Assembly: GCA_040954595.2 (NCBI GenBank)
Contig: CM082588.2
Coordinates: forward strand, 7,548,844 to 7,612,843
Direction of reading: 5' to 3'
From: Balanoglossus misakiensis
Lineage: Eukaryota; Animalia; Hemichordata
DNA: 64,000 nucleotides
In this document: one piece after another, positions 1 to 14,703 of the stretch
Layout of the letters: each line of letters begins with the position of its first letter
Numbering within the stretch: position 1 is the first letter of the stretch
Notes under the pieces: model-generated
Database searches by the model: none
What the model was told of the DNA's origin: nothing
The model's input: the letters and a program-made list of their open reading frames with translations, nothing else
Position numbers and translations under genes: made by a program

Positions 1-750
1 GGCAAAATGTGAAATCATAGACAAAACTTATAAAAGTGCAGGTTCCATAAAATAAAATGTTTTGTTTACATTGCCATGAATTCTATCTCATTCAAACACA
101 AAATAATATTGTCATAATGCTTTTACAGCTCAACAACTCTCAGTATTAAAATACTGACCAGTACATGTATGTACAACTCCATCAGCTCATATGTTGACCT
201 TTGACCTAGTTGATTTCTAATGGTAGATGTGGTTACGTGTTTTGATGTTCTGGAATTCTGACGATGGATATTATTACTTTTAACACATGAATATACGCTT
301 AAATTACCGATGGAATGTTTTATTTTTATTGTATTTATTTTTATTGGAAAGTGCGCGAGAAAGTAAGTTTCCATTGGAGAGTATTTTCGAACTGAAGAGT
401 GATGTGAAGACATATGCGAGGAATCTCGGTTGTGAATTTCTTGCAGTACATTGATAGTGGTGAGAAAATGGCCATTAGTGAATTTTGAGGAAAAAAGTAA
501 AATATCAAGTCACATGTGGCAAAACTCAATGCAATGGTTACCAAAAATTATTGACCTAATATGTACATTTGTACATACCTATGTACATGTACGTGTAAAT
601 GTACATGTAAATGTACACATACATATATATACATCAGGATACTTGTACATTTATAAATACAAGATTTCATTCTCAAATGGACTAGTAATGTCCTCACATT
701 TTTTATTGCAATGAAGACTACATGTAGACTAGATGTGTTTCAAGCCTTAT

Positions 751-949
751 TTAAAGGTATACGGTCACCTCCAATTTACATACGCCCATATATGGCTGAA
801 ATGGCGTATTTGAATGTTCTAAAGAACATACATGTATGGTGGTGCTTTTTTTTTCGCCCGTGCCACCCATTGAAAATCTATGATTGGCTAGATCTTAATT
901 TCACATGGTAACTTTAGCTAAATTTGCATAGGTGACCGTATACCTTTAA
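751..949. mobile_element. Kolobok-like MITE family B, copy 1
   Basis: TTAA|AGGTATACGGTCACCT ... AGGTGACCGTATACCT|TTAA; four copies in window. Confidence 0.8.
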
Positions 950-1811
950 TTCATAATACTGTGCATGCATGTTTGTTGTTAGATTGAGGATGACGTCACC
1001 ATATTGGCACGTAGGATACCATACACCTAACCATCTGTTGAGAGTGAATGCAGTGCAGTGAGTTCTACACAGAATAAACCGACAAAAACCACTAAAACTC
1101 CCAAAACATAACTGCTACAAATCTTGCGAGTCACAAGATTGAATGTTTACAATTTATCTGTGAAATCATTCATTATTTTAGTATCAGGAAGATACTTCTA
1201 GTTTCACTTCCATTTTGTCTCTTCAAAATAATTCTTTTCCCACAGTGTTGGGTTTCCTCCTCTGTAGTGTCATTTCCCTCACAGTTTAATTTTGAAAAAA
1301 AAAATTCCTGTTACTTTAAATAAAATATATGTGAAAGGAACTTATACTGTTTCAGTACTGTCAGTATAAGCTCAGCAATATTATTTTGTGGCTAAAATTA
1401 GCAACACCAGCTGTTGAACTGACTGGATTAGAAATTTGAGGTCAGACTACTTGTACATATGGCACACTTTTACAGTAAAACTCATACATGTACTCTGTAA
1501 CAAGAACCATGGCACTTCACACAAGCCCAGCTACAAGTATAATCATCAATTTTTTGCTGGAAGCGAGACTCTTAAACTTGACATTGACCCCAACACTCAC
1601 TCGAGAATTCTTCTAAAAGTTTTTTTTCACATCACATCTTACTTATAATAACTTAATAAGTCTTCAACAGCAGACAAACTAATACAGATGGCAGTACAAG
1701 GTGTCTTTGCAGTGAAGGGTGATGTGACCTGACATTGAACTCTGAATTTAAACTTGGCAGTGATTCAATACAAATTTCTCCTTATTATGGTAAAGAGCCA
1801 CAGTCACTCAC

Positions 1812-1833
1812 GTTTGACATTGACAATGGGCAT
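1812..1833 (-). CDS. Candidate short alternative first coding exon of the NHS-family gene (MPIVNVK)
   Basis: ATG CCC ATT GTC AAT GTC AAA C|gtgagt: same donor and phase 1 as the main first exon. Short, so chance is possible. Confidence 0.3.
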
Positions 1834-4800
1834 GCACTTACACTATAGTAATATAGAGCACCATATTCACTAGTCTAGTATCTAGCAATGTGTTGTCCAC
1901 TACATGTATGGAAAGCAGACAACAAGCGGCTGGATACTACATTTTCACTGACTTGTATTTGACAGCACTATAATACATGTACACGTAATTTGACTGTAAA
2001 ATTTGAGGGTGAACTTCGGGCTCTGAAAGATCAATTGTGACTATTCAGTATTCTGACACACACACACTGACACACACCCACACACACATAGCAGAGAAAG
2101 CATTGGTCGTATTCGCATAACCTGCTAAAAACAACTTTCAATGGTGTCCTTTGGCAGCTGCTGTTAACACTGATACAAATACCCTTTCAAAGAAATGCTC
2201 GATTTATCATGCCTACTGAGTGAAACCGTAAAGAAACACAATGATGAAAGAGACAAATCCAGAATTTGAGATACACACTACACTGCAAAATGTTTTTTTA
2301 GGATCCGTGTGTGTGTGACACAGTGCAAAGAAAACCAGGTCACTGACTTTATAAAAACAGACACCACTCTTTATTTTTCGCGGCGTCGGTGCCATTTATG
2401 TGGGCCCACTATTGTTGAGCGAAGCACATTGGTCGAATAGTTTTCAAATGGTTGTTGTGCATGTCACACCAGGCTTGGTGGTTAGGATTACTGACCCATG
2501 CATTCACCTGACATGCCACCTTCCTTGTGGTCCAGCCCTTCACCCAAGTTTCTGACAAATCAGTTCAAACTGGTTTGACTTCCAGGGGACTTAAATTTCC
2601 GGCACCCAAGCCTATATTTACCTGCCAAGTGTGTGTTACTCAGTCAGCCATACATGTATCTAAGACCACACAGCCAAACCAGAGAGATTTGGTGCATTTA
2701 GGAGGTTTCAAACTGCCAATCTCTGCCTCCAATTCAAAGTGCATGTATGTCAAATTCTGCATATGACTATGAGCCATACAAAGATTAGTCTAGTATCTAA
2801 CTATAGTTTTGGAAGCAAAGCGGACATCGACAAAATACAGCTAGATACATTTATTAGACTATGCAAGACGAGATGTTTAAAATAGGTTACAGCATAAAAA
2901 TGCCCCACTACCTGTCCATGTACATCTACACTGGCAGGATGGCATGTATACATGCAACACCCCTAGCAGGAAGGTGATAATGATAAATGAGTCACAACCT
3001 CTCAAATATTCACAGAATTAACTTCATTGAAAAAAGTTATTTTAAGATAGACATGTACATGTGTACAGTGTAATGTATGCCTGACACTGAATGTTCTAGA
3101 ACATCGCCGGTTGCAATTCCACTGATACGGCTAAAAGTTCAGGACAGTATAGAGTTTCCATGACAATTGCCACCGTTCCAGTCAGTCAGTTGTGAAAGAC
3201 ACACAGAAGGCGTTTCTTTCACTGAAATACGTCTTGTGCAAACAAACACACCCTGATTCAGCGTGGGCCGGTTAGTGGATTGTTCTGTACCATCCTCCAT
3301 GTGACCTCTCTAGTCTTGCTTTAGCATTGCCATCAATCATGGCATACAACAAGATCAAGGCACGTACATGTACAGTAAGCCTAGGCTTTACTGTACATAG
3401 CTGTGAAGTTTGCATTGAGAGAAAAAAGAACTTCATATAGCTGTGTAACAACATGGTAGCTGTGGTAACGCAGCTGTACTTTGGGGGGGGGGGGGTGCTG
3501 ATTACCCCCACGGACAGCACCCCCTCCCCCAAATGGTACAGCTGCATGACCACAGCTAACAGCATGAGTGGGGTTACAATCAGTAGGACCTCAGAAATAG
3601 AGGGGGCCAAGCCAACTGACATCGGGGGGTCACTTTGCCACATACAGCGTTTCACTTTTTCTTGAAGTCAGTCCAAAAACTTCAAAAGGGTGAGCAACTA
3701 CAATGCATGTGTGCATGGGTGTCGCCTAAAAAGCACAAACCTTGTCAGGTCATCGATCTGTTTGCTGTATTGAGTTTCCCAACAATGAAATGTACCTGTA
3801 ACGAAGCTGCCCTGTTTCCCCGATCTTGTAAATTACTCTTTTCTAAAACGACAACGCAGCGAGTCATTCAAGCGGATCAGGGATTTCAGGCTTGGCAGAG
3901 TGACAGATAAAAACAAGTGTAGAGGGAAAAAATCTCATACAGCCCAGAGGTTCTTACAACTGGCCTGGTTCTCTGCTGTGCACTGGTATTCCTAATCAGA
4001 GCAGTGCAAAAAGCCAGTCAGTCTACCAGAGCAGGTTTCTTATTGGCTGGCTTCAAAGTTTAGTTTTAAAGTTTTAATGAATTTCAGAAATCTAAACACA
4101 GCTGATCATAGCAACAAAATATTTTCATAGTTCAACAGTTTATTTATACTTTCGTAGTTCAAAAGTTTATTTCGCAAAGAATAACTGTCTTATGTCTCGT
4201 ATAAGGCTAGACTTCTACATCAATAAGGGAGAACTATAGACGATTGTTTGATAATGCAGTCCACCTTTGAGAACAACAAAACTTCGCACTGTATTCAGTG
4301 TCTAGGAAATCCTCAGTATTTCAGGAAACATGCTTGCAATGATATACATGATACTGCTTCAGTATGTGAGTGTAACAGTGGCTTGTTATAATAACACACT
4401 GCACCAGACTTACTGATGGCCAGGTGTTCAGTCTGGCTTATTCGGTTCAATCGATGGTTTTATTATCAAGTGTATCCAGGTGTCAAATCGCCCTGGTAAC
4501 ACACAGTGACTTGTCTATCAGAAAGAATGCACTGTACTGCTGGTCAAAAACATTCTTGGAGTTTAAAGTCTGATTAAAGTATTTCAGTAATTCTTTGCCA
4601 TGTGTTTGTTGGAGCCCATTCATCATTCAATGCAACAGTTTAGTGGTAAACCGCCATTTGTTTTTCGGCGATCAAGTCAGATTTGCTTGTTGGCGTGGCG
4701 ATATGGAGTTGGTAGTGCAGAAATTCACTGTTTACTTTTATTACTACAGGTTAACAAAGCGTTCCTTGTCCCTTGAAACATGTTGCATGCTTTAGTAGTT

Positions 4801-4861
4801 TTTCCCCAAGACACTCATCTGAAATAAAGTTTTCAAATTTAATCCTAATAACGCTGCCAAG

Positions 4862-5130
4862 TCGGTTGAAACTGGTTTGATTTCCAGGGTGCCTAGAATC
4901 CTGGCTCCCAGGCCTGTTAGACTGCCAAGTGTGTGTTATTCAGTAGGGCCCATACAAGACCCTCAGACCAAACCAGTGCAAACCAGTACGATTTGGTACA
5001 TTTTTCGGGGGGCTCAGACTGCCAAGTGTGTGTTATTCAGTAGGGCCTATACAAGACCCTCAGACCAATACAGTGCAAACCAGTACGATTTGGTACATTT
5101 TACAGGGGGCTCAGACTGCCAAGTGTGTAT
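4862..5130. repeat. Dispersed repeat with internal ~98-bp tandem units
   Basis: AGACTGCCAAGTGTG recurs at ~4919, ~5017, ~5113; a diverged copy lies at ~2560-2720. Confidence 0.75.
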
Positions 5131-5442
5131 AAGTACGTATGAGAGCCATGTCAAGACAGTCAAAATAAGTTTATGAAGAAAAAGTGGCAAATACATATTT
5201 TAAGGGACTTGACACTCTAAACAGGTATGACACCCAGTAGCATTAGGGTTAAGCCTGTCTTCTTTGTCATGATTATACATGCAACAACTCTAGACTGTTT
5301 ATCACAGGGAGCATTTTCCCATACTGACATTTTGTACTGTATTCGGCAGAAAGTATAAGAATTAGTTAGTCCAAACAATTATACATTTAGTGTAAGAATA
5401 AGTCAGTCCAAACCAATCTTTGAGAGTGTGGAAACCTATGCT

Positions 5443-6020
5443 GGGGTTACACGTGAATAATTTTAAACCTGAGTTGATCGGATTTGTCGCTCTGTAAACA
5501 TTCCTTATCAGCGACTTAGGAGAACGCTCGTTTACACGTCAATTTACAAGCTCTAAATTTAGTTCGGGTCAAGCGCCCTCAGCGGTATTCACTGGGCTAA
5601 CTCAACTTAACCACAATCGCCAAAATGGCCGACGTAAAGATCGCACAGCTGTTATCCACGCTCTTTTTGTGTTCAATCAATCAATCGAGACGCTTTCGGC
5701 GAAGATATTTACTAGGAGAGAATTTTGACGGCCTAACCCCGCCTGATGTCGACATCCCACTCATTTTAAGATCAATGAGTCGCCGTCGGAGAAGACGACC
5801 AAGTTTACGTTTCCTTTTAGTGCGGTGTTTAGTTCGGCGATCGGGTCACACGTGTGAAGAGGTCATTGTTTAAGACGGCGCACAGTACCTGAACCACCCC
5901 TCCGACTCCGGATTATTTTAATGCGGTGTTAGTCCGGAGTTGTCTGGTCACACGTCAAACTGACACCGGGTTAAATTTAATCCGGTGTCAGGTCCGGAGT
6001 AAACAGGCACGTGTAACCCC
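5443..6020. mobile_element. CpG-rich non-autonomous TIR element, possibly Harbinger-like
   Basis: GGGGTTACACGTG ... CACGTGTAACCCC TIRs, internal subterminal repeats, short ORF 5625..5873; TSD unclear. Confidence 0.6.
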
Positions 6021-6365
6021 CCCTCTAGATCCGTTCTCCATATCTACAAAGCTACTGCTAGTGTAAACTTTCAATCATGAAAATATTGACATTTCCAAGC
6101 GATTGAAATATTTGTTTTCCTTGCAGAGGTTTGCGGTCGACCTAAATAAACCAAAGAATGCACAAAGCATCAACAGAATACACTGAGATTTTTTTCAAGA
6201 TAGAGCATAGGGGAGTCAAGGGTGTGTCTTTCAATGCGGTGACTTGCAAAAACATTCATGACCTTTTGTCAAGTCCATAGGTCATTGTGCCCTGCACATG
6301 TACCGACCCCAAAGGTGTATTTGGTATACAAGGGTGAAAAACTTCACAATGTTAGTGATCACTTT

Positions 6366-6713
6366 TTAAAGGGACAATGTCTCTCTTGCTGCCTTTTCCC
6401 ATTAATTATGTTTGATACAAGACACCGTTTATGTTATTCTACATGTGGATATATAGTGAATCAACGTTCAACCACAAACAACTTCCATCCCGTTTATAGG
6501 ATATCAGAGTAAAAATCTCACCAAAATGAATAAATGGTAAACACCGATTATTCATTTTGGTGAGTTTTTCACTCTCATGTCTACAAGTTGGATGGAAGTT
6601 GTGTGTGGTTGAACATTGATTCACTATATATCCACATGTAGAATATAAACAATGTCTTGTATCAAAATAATTAATGGAAAAGGGGCAGTGAGAGAGAGAC
6701 TTTGTCCCTTTAA
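6366..6713. mobile_element. Kolobok-like palindromic MITE family A, copy 1
   Basis: TTAA|AGGGACAA ... CTTTGTCCCT|TTAA; almost entirely an imperfect inverted repeat; four copies in window. Confidence 0.85.
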
Positions 6714-8574
6714 GCTAGCCAGTCCTGCTGTACATCAGTACTTGTTTGATGGGTACTTTGATGTACATGTAGCAGGGATGAGCATGACCTGAACATGGAC
6801 ATCGCTAATGTAATTAGCCACACCAATCAAGCACCAAGATAATGAATGGCAATGAACCATCAAATCACCTTGGAAAAAAAGGAAATGGCGCAAACATAAA
6901 CAATCAAACACTAAACTTCCTGAATTTTGTTTAGACTACAAGTCAACACGACAGACTGTCTGGATAATTCTTTCCTCTACCCTGGAGTCCTTAATATCCG
7001 GCATTTCCTGGTTGAGTTTCCTCATTCTGTTGATTGAGTTACTGGGTCTGGACCGACTGCAAGTCTGGTATTAGATGACATTTGCTTGGCAATGCTAAAA
7101 ATAATCTTTATGTATAAACAATGCATGGTTCATTACAATCTATTAGGGTAGTGAATGCATATGTGCATGTGAGGTGGTAGCTGCTAGCTGGATAAATTAA
7201 TTGGTAATTCGGCGATAAATAATTAAAGTTCAGTGAAGTGGAACCACTCATGGCAAAATTGACATTTACATTAATTTACTGGTAATAAATTTATAACTAC
7301 AATAGCATGTATCATGTGAATGTTGTCGCTTGTTTTCTGGGCAGTCATACTAGGCCAGACCAGCCAATATGTCATGGCAAATGAGGAAGTCTAATGAAAC
7401 AGTATCACATTGATATGCACGTACATGTACAGCAAAGTTTGGAGACAATTTTCACTCACAGAAGACGACATTTATTCAACTAATCGCATTGATAGCTCTC
7501 ATTCCAAGTTGATAATTAGACCAGTGCATTTTTTGAGCCAAAGGGACCTACATGTATAACTGTATGCTTCCTATGAAGGAGTCCACTTTCATTTAATTCC
7601 AAGCTATTCACTTACGTGAACCAATGCTGTGATAAGCGCATACATGTATATCTGGACTTCATCTGCGGGGACTGAAAACAAGTCTAATCTGAATCTTTCT
7701 ACCAAAACACAGTTTGCGCTGGATTATTTTCAGAGCTAACAACTCCGACCTTCCAAAAATTAAAAGCTGCATTTTCAGCCTTGACGGGTTTCAACACAGA
7801 AGCCATTACTCAGTAACTCAATCCACATTATAAAAAAAATCCCCAACGAAGTCCTTGAGATGGCCATTGGACCCGGCTGCTGTCTCCCAAGGAGAAAACA
7901 AGTTAGAGTAGGGGTTTGAGAAAGTTAGACTAGCATGTGTGCATGCCTTCATACAAGTACATGTAATCCATCTTACAACCACAGTGTGTTTTTATCAAAC
8001 CAATGACAGACTGCCGCACACAGTTTTGGTATCAGGTGACACACTGCTTATCCTGGGTCACTCAAATTCAAAAAAGCTAACTGTAGCCACGCAACCAGCC
8101 TTGCGCCATGAACACAGAGCTGTTTTAAAAGCCACGCACCCAGTCTGGTTCTGGATTCACAACTACATGTTGTACAACACACACACGCTGAGAAATATAA
8201 CACAATGCCCACTGCGTGAAGATGTGAAACCATATTTTCACTAATGCAAATACTGTCACAGTGGCGAGAACTGAAATTTTCGCATTATCAAAAGCAACTG
8301 TTATGCAACGATTAATTTTCGCGTTCTCGTTTTTCACTGCATCGTTATCTCATTTTATAACATTTTATTTTCCTGCCTTATTGGCTCTCGCGTAGTTTGC
8401 GAAAATTTCCTGTTTTACAGTACTTTAAAATTATGGATGCGCTAAATCATGATGCTGGATCAAATGATTCAACCGAAATTGTCATAATACAAATTTTCTT
8501 GAAGTCATTTCCTTAAAGTCAATTTTGCTATCAGTACAATCTTTGATATGGTTTATGGGTACATGTACTTCAAG

Positions 8575-8940
8575 TTAAAGGGACAAAGTCTCTCTCTCGC
8601 TGCCCTTTTTTCCATTAATTAATTATATTTGATACAAGACACCGTTTGTTATTCTACATGTGGATATACATATTGAATGAACATTCAACCACACACAACT
8701 TCCATACCTCTTAAAGACAGGAGAGTGAAAAAACTCGCCAAAATGAATAATCGTTCTTTACCATTTATTCATTTGGGCGAGTTTTTACTCTCATATCATA
8801 CAAGTGGGATGGAAGTTTTGTGTGGTTGATCATTGATTCACTATATATCCACATTTACATTAACATAACCAGTGTCTTGTATCAAACATAATTACATGTA
8901 ATGGAAAAGGGGCAGCTGGAGAGAGACTTTGTCCCTTTAA
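8575..8940. mobile_element. Kolobok-like palindromic MITE family A, copy 2
   Basis: TTAA-flanked, same TIRs and interior. Confidence 0.85.
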
Positions 8941-9445
8941 AGGCACGTAAGCTGCAACTGGATAAAAAATCAATGTTTTAAATAATCTCATATATGCTTT
9001 TAATTATATCCATTAAATGCTATTTCATGATAATATATCAAGCTCAACACTTATTTATGACAAAATGGCCAAAAATTAAAGAAAAACGAACATTCCTGAA
9101 ATTTTTTTAAAAAGTGCAATATTGCAATGAAAAATGAAAATCTGATGTCTCAGTGGTGTACATTTACTTCCATGAGCTCAAGTGGATGAGATCATGTTTT
9201 GTTTATGAAGTTTCACAACCGGAAATGCGACATTTTCATTGTTTCTTTCATTTTCCCACGGTGGCGGCCATAATCGCTTGCGGCAAAGCTTTATTATTTA
9301 TCTGGTTAAAACTTGCATATGCACTCATATTTAGGGTTTATAATGCTTGTGTATAGTTCACTGCCTTCATCTGCATAGACTAATGGTAGTGCAGTGTGAA
9401 ACAAAAATTATGAAAATTATCCCAAAAGTTACAGCTTACGTGCCT
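8941..9445. mobile_element. Kolobok-like non-autonomous element (family C)
   Basis: TTAA|AGGCACGTAAGCTGCAAC ... GTTACAGCTTACGTGCCT|TTAA; shares its left TTAA with family A copy 2. Confidence 0.75.
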
Positions 9446-9918
9446 TTAAGTAGACAATTATACCATGAAACTAAAGAATTCCACACCACTGATGACAATT
9501 TCATGAAGTTATCGGGACAAATTGACAACAGTGTCTGGATAAAACACTTGAGATAATTAGCCATCAGCACTAACGACTTGAGTGGAACAATTAGGGTCAA
9601 CATGCACCATTGTCATAAATGGATTCCAACCCACTCAGGTCTGGTTGCAAACACACATCAAGTCGTTCAGATTAATTGCATTGCCAACAATCTTATCATA
9701 CTTTTATACATTTCAAGAACCATGTGCAAACAAGTGAAGCCCACAAGAGTCACTGTCTCATACCACTACATGTACATGTATCAGCAAGTGTAGCGACATA
9801 GCACAGTGGTCATTCTAGAGTTCTCCCAAGAACAATGAAAGGGTACATGTACATGTATCACATATACATGTACATGTATTGTCATGCATGTTGTCCTATG
9901 TTACCAGTAGGTAAAACA

Positions 9919-9994
9919 TAGTCTAGTATCTAGCCGTATTTTGTCTGCTTTGCTTAGAAGCACAACGGACAAAATACGGCTGGATAATAGACTA
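9919..9994. mobile_element. 76-bp palindromic element with TAG..CTA ends and 9-bp TSD (AcademH-like)
   Basis: GGTAAAACA|TAGTCTAGTATCTAGCCGTATTTTGTC ... GACAAAATACGGCTGGATAATAGACTA|GGTAAAACA; degraded relatives ~1871-1939 and ~2787-2861. Confidence 0.75.
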
Positions 9995-12900
9995 GGTAAA
10001 ACACTGGTTGTATAGGTGTCTCTATAGAACATTACATACATGTATAGTCGCAGCAAATGGCAGCAGCCATGATCGTATCATATATTTCAACACTGTCTAC
10101 AATCCCATCTGTTCCCACCCACACACACACAAACACTAGATCTTTTTTTTTCTGAGTCGTGTAGTGCATGTCTGCTAGCAGCTACCTTCATCAATTCTTA
10201 AATTTAAGCATTAATTTTTAAATTTCTAACCGTCTAAAAAATGAAAATCAGAAAGACTATAATAATCCACAGCTCTGATACAGCAAAGCTCAATGTGGTT
10301 ATGTTCCACACAATATGTTTAATTATTACATGCACCAAACATACATGTACTTATAGGAGGTTCATTTCGTATTCCACGTGTGTACATATATGTATGGAAA
10401 TAGATAATGTTACATGTGCCTTTACTGTACATGTACACTACATTATGAGTGACGAGTCCGTATCGAATGTTCCATGTGCTAATTTTAGTGAAACTCAAAA
10501 AAAGATTTTCTATTTTCACAGCCTGAGGTGAACTTGTCTCATTCCCCCCACATGTGACACACAGCTGATAACATTGACATTCACAGAATACAAAGCTATC
10601 TGATGTAATGGATCAGTTCAACAAAGGCCGTCCATTGTTATCAATCATTATAGATGTGACGAACAAACAGACTGTGTCTGATGTATTTCCATTCACCTCA
10701 TTGTTGTACAGGCCAGCATGTGACAAGACATGCATATTAATAAATATTCTGTACCCACGTGGTGTAGCAGCAGATTTCTCATGTACAACGATCACAAAGG
10801 ACAACATATTTTTTTTATTGTGTGATTCTCAGCTTAGAAAATTCTGTAAAATCTGAATCTAGTAATGGAGTTGTGAGACTCCTTTTTCAATAACCTTATT
10901 ATTTCTACTTATATATACTGGTGGGTTGTTAAATTTGTACGTCATTGACAAAGAGGATGAACATCTGGTCCAAAATAATTCAGCTTTCGCTGTATAGGAA
11001 ATCAATAAGTGTTGCACCAGTTCCCCTGTAGTGATAAGCAAAAACAGATTTGTTCATGGCAAATTCGCACAGTTTCGTGTGGTCCTGTGGACATGATCAC
11101 AATATATCACATGTATATTCAGATGTACAATGTATGGATGTACTGTTGATCTTATATGTACCATGCTTTGTTCTTTGGTTTCTGTTTATAGCTCAGACAC
11201 AAGGACAGATCTACATCTAAAACAATATGACATACTTTTACTCTATATGAATGTATCATTGAAATGTGTTGATTGCAACTACATAAATGGCTTGTGATGT
11301 GCATCTATATTCAAATTATCCTTACAGTAAAAACAATAAATAACCGCAACGAACTTCTCAACTCAACCACCACCAACTTCTCTGGCATTCATTCTTTCCT
11401 ATAACAACCAGCGTAGATTTAACCGTTACTTCAAACAGCTGTACAGAGAATGCACATCATAAATAAAACACAAATCAAAGAGTATCATTGTGTTCAGTCA
11501 AAGAAGGAATGTTGCACGTACAGGAAAGCTTGTTGATGACTTATTGACTTTTTTTCCACCAAAGCAATTCTGTCCTCCATTATGTCAACAAAGAAACGGC
11601 CAATAGTCTGCAAACAGTGCAAACTCTGGACAACCTTACATTACACAACATGATTTGCTTTGCAACTTAAAATGACTATCTCATCAAATTTTGTGAGTGG
11701 GTAAAACTCTCATGTAGTCATGGCAACAAGCAATTGTTTTTGATCAATCTTGGCTATATTTTTTCCACTCCATAAAAAAGGTCACTGGCATTTTCAAAAT
11801 GTCAAGCATAAGCACCAAATCTATCAAATAATAGTACATAATACTCTTTCAAAGGATTTCTAGTGGGTATATTCATCATCTAATTACAATTGTCTACTAT
11901 ACACTCCAAAAATTATTGAATCCATATTTGCATTTTCAATACTGAAGTCCTTAATTACAGAAATACAGTATCGTAAATGTAAGTATAGTTAATCGCTGCG
12001 CACAAGTAAGTGTGCTGTATTCAGTCAAAAGGAATCCAAGAATTTGAGGAGAAAAGATTGTTTTCCTATTCAAACTTTCATGGTATGTAAAGATTGTTAA
12101 ATTAAAAGCTTGTTTATGTGGGAAAATATTTTGTTTTACTTCTAGAGTCAAAACAGGATGCCAAAATGGAATCTTATTTATCCCAGAGAAAAATTTGTTG
12201 GAGTGAAAAAAGTTTGAAAACAGAAAAGTTACACAAGTTGTTATGTATAGACTGCAACCTTATATCTATGTAGTACTATTTAGGTCACACATTTAAATTC
12301 TAAAGGACAAAGCGCAGGGGACCAGTAACTTTGCCATCCCCTGGAGGCTGACCTCAGACCTATACATGTTACAAACAACTACAGCCAAAACCAGTTTTCT
12401 TACACAACAACTTTGGAAATGTAATAGTACGAGTAGAATGGCTGCAACATTTGACTATACATGTAGATACCATTTTCTTCAAGTTTCAGCTGTGATGGGG
12501 AGGGGGAGGGGGTTCAAGTTATACAAAACTAGGTTCGGGAGTCAAACTTGCATTTGGTGGCCCTTCCAATCTATAGTAAACAGAAACACCTAAATGTACA
12601 TACAAATGAACCCACACTGTTGCAGAAATATATGAAATGGATTAATAATTTGTCTGAAAAACATGAACAGATTTAGATCAAAATGGTTATTGTTACCACA
12701 CCACTTCAAAGTCCAACTGCTTGCTTAATACAATGTAGTTGGGACTTTGCATTGATCTATTTGGGTATACCTGTCAAACTATCTATTAATCACCCACAAT
12801 CTAACCACAAGAGTCAAGCACAAGAACAAGCTGTCCATTCATTCACAACCACACACTTGACTTGTCCTTGAGTGTTTATTCATTGATGCAAAGTCAATGT

Positions 12901-13798
12901 CAAATCACAGCCAATCCCAGCACGCTACAGAATGATCTACTGCCTTTGTTCAGTATGGTCAAAGTTGTCACAACCTGGAAGGTTCTGGTCTATACGTTTA
13001 TTCCTATATGGGATATCTAGTTATGAGATGTCATCACAGTAATACATGTATCTTTATACATATAGTGAAACTAAATTATTTGACAGTATCATGTATAACA
13101 CTATAACTAGCAAAAGTGATGGTAGCATGTTTAACCCAGAGTAAAGAATAGCAGACCCTACTCTGGGAAAACAATAGATTGAAATTCAATAATATAACAA
13201 TTAACTACAGTTGTATTGTCATGCAAATGGAACACAATCCTATCAGAAATTCCTCTAATACCATAGTACCTCGTTGATTACAAGATGTAATATCTTTCTT
13301 TAATCCATTTTAGATCAGTTAATCTTACATATAAAACTTGTAAAATAATCCCAGATAATTTCAGAAGTGCTTATAGCAGCTTCGCTACAAAATTTTCTTT
13401 CACTATAAACGATTACTCAAATCATTCAAAAGAAATTTAATTTCTTTTAAATGATTTGAGTATCTTTAACTATATTTTCCTTTGCTTGCAATGTACCAAC
13501 ACCAATCTTGTGAGTACAATTTATATTTTTCAAACCACTGGTTTTGGAAAGGTTCTGTTTTTATTTATTTACACTTCGTCTTGCTTGTACTTCACCCTTG
13601 AAACGATCAGATAAAGATTTGGATGTTTGTTTATATTTCCAGACCAATGACCCCCAAGGAGAGCTTGTAGCCTTGTTAATCAGACTTTGCAATTGATATT
13701 ATGTGCTATCTGTCTGGCCAGCTGAGAGATGTGATTGACACTATTCTATATTAAATCACTACTTTGTGACAAACATTTCATTTCTGTATTTATAAGCT

Positions 13799-14114
13799 TT
13801 AAAGGGACAAAGTCTCTCTCTCGCTGCCCTTTTTCCAATAATGTAATTATGTTTGATACAAGACAACGATATGTTATTCTACATGTGGATACATAGTGAA
13901 TCAACGTTCGACCACACACAACTTCCATCTCACTTGTAGGATATGAGAGCAAAAATCTCGCCCAAGTGAATAAATGGTATAGTAAACACTGATTATTCAC
14001 TTTAGCAAGTTTTTCACTCTCGTGTCTACAAGCAGGATGGAAGTTGTGTGTGGTCGAACGTTGATTCATAATTAATGGAAAGGGCAGTGAGAGAGAGAGA
14101 CTTGGTCCCTTTGA
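13799..14114. mobile_element. Kolobok-like palindromic MITE family A, copy 3 (right arm partly deleted)
   Basis: TTAAAGGGACAAAGTCTCTCTC start, GGTCCCTTTGA end. Confidence 0.8.
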
Positions 14115-14703
14115 TTTCTTATCATCCTGGTTTTTCCTAGAATGAACTGCCCTGTTTGTAAGTGATGCCACAAAATGACCATAAAGGTGACGTGGTTTGC
14201 CAGAGGCTATTAAACTCAAGTAGATCTCTCTAGGGCCATTCAAGGTCCAATTTGATATTTGTACACATGTACCTGCAGACTATATACCTCACATGTCTGG
14301 CAGTAGTACACCCAGTTACCATGCCTCTAATAAGAAATGGTATTAGGCCTGCAGTACATTAGGGTGAATAAACTGATTGCGTTCACTGGTGATGTTTAGG
14401 TACAGTCCTACATCAGGAACAGACTGCAAAAAGTTAAGGAAATTCAGTCCAGATAGCCAAATTATATTTTATTTTGGTCATAGGTGTAAGAAAATCGTAT
14501 CTAATCAACGCCAGTGACAGTTAAATGTAAGTAACTGTTTGTTGCAATCACTGAATTCACCTGATACAGGGTTTGAAAATGGCAGAATGCCCACTTTTTG
14601 TATCTTTCACAATAGTAAACAATGCGGGCTCTTGATCTACCCGTCGGTTCCATCGTTTTTACACACTTCACTTCACACTGAAAATCTACGAGATCGTACT
14701 CAC

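Noticed and set aside
5625-5873. 82-aa ORF as a host gene
   Set aside because: Lies inside a TIR element with no recognisable domain; at most a transposon remnant.
7616-7662. Exon-like AG..GT segment in the NHS-family intron
   Set aside because: Length is not a multiple of 3 and its ATGs do not give the phase 1 required.
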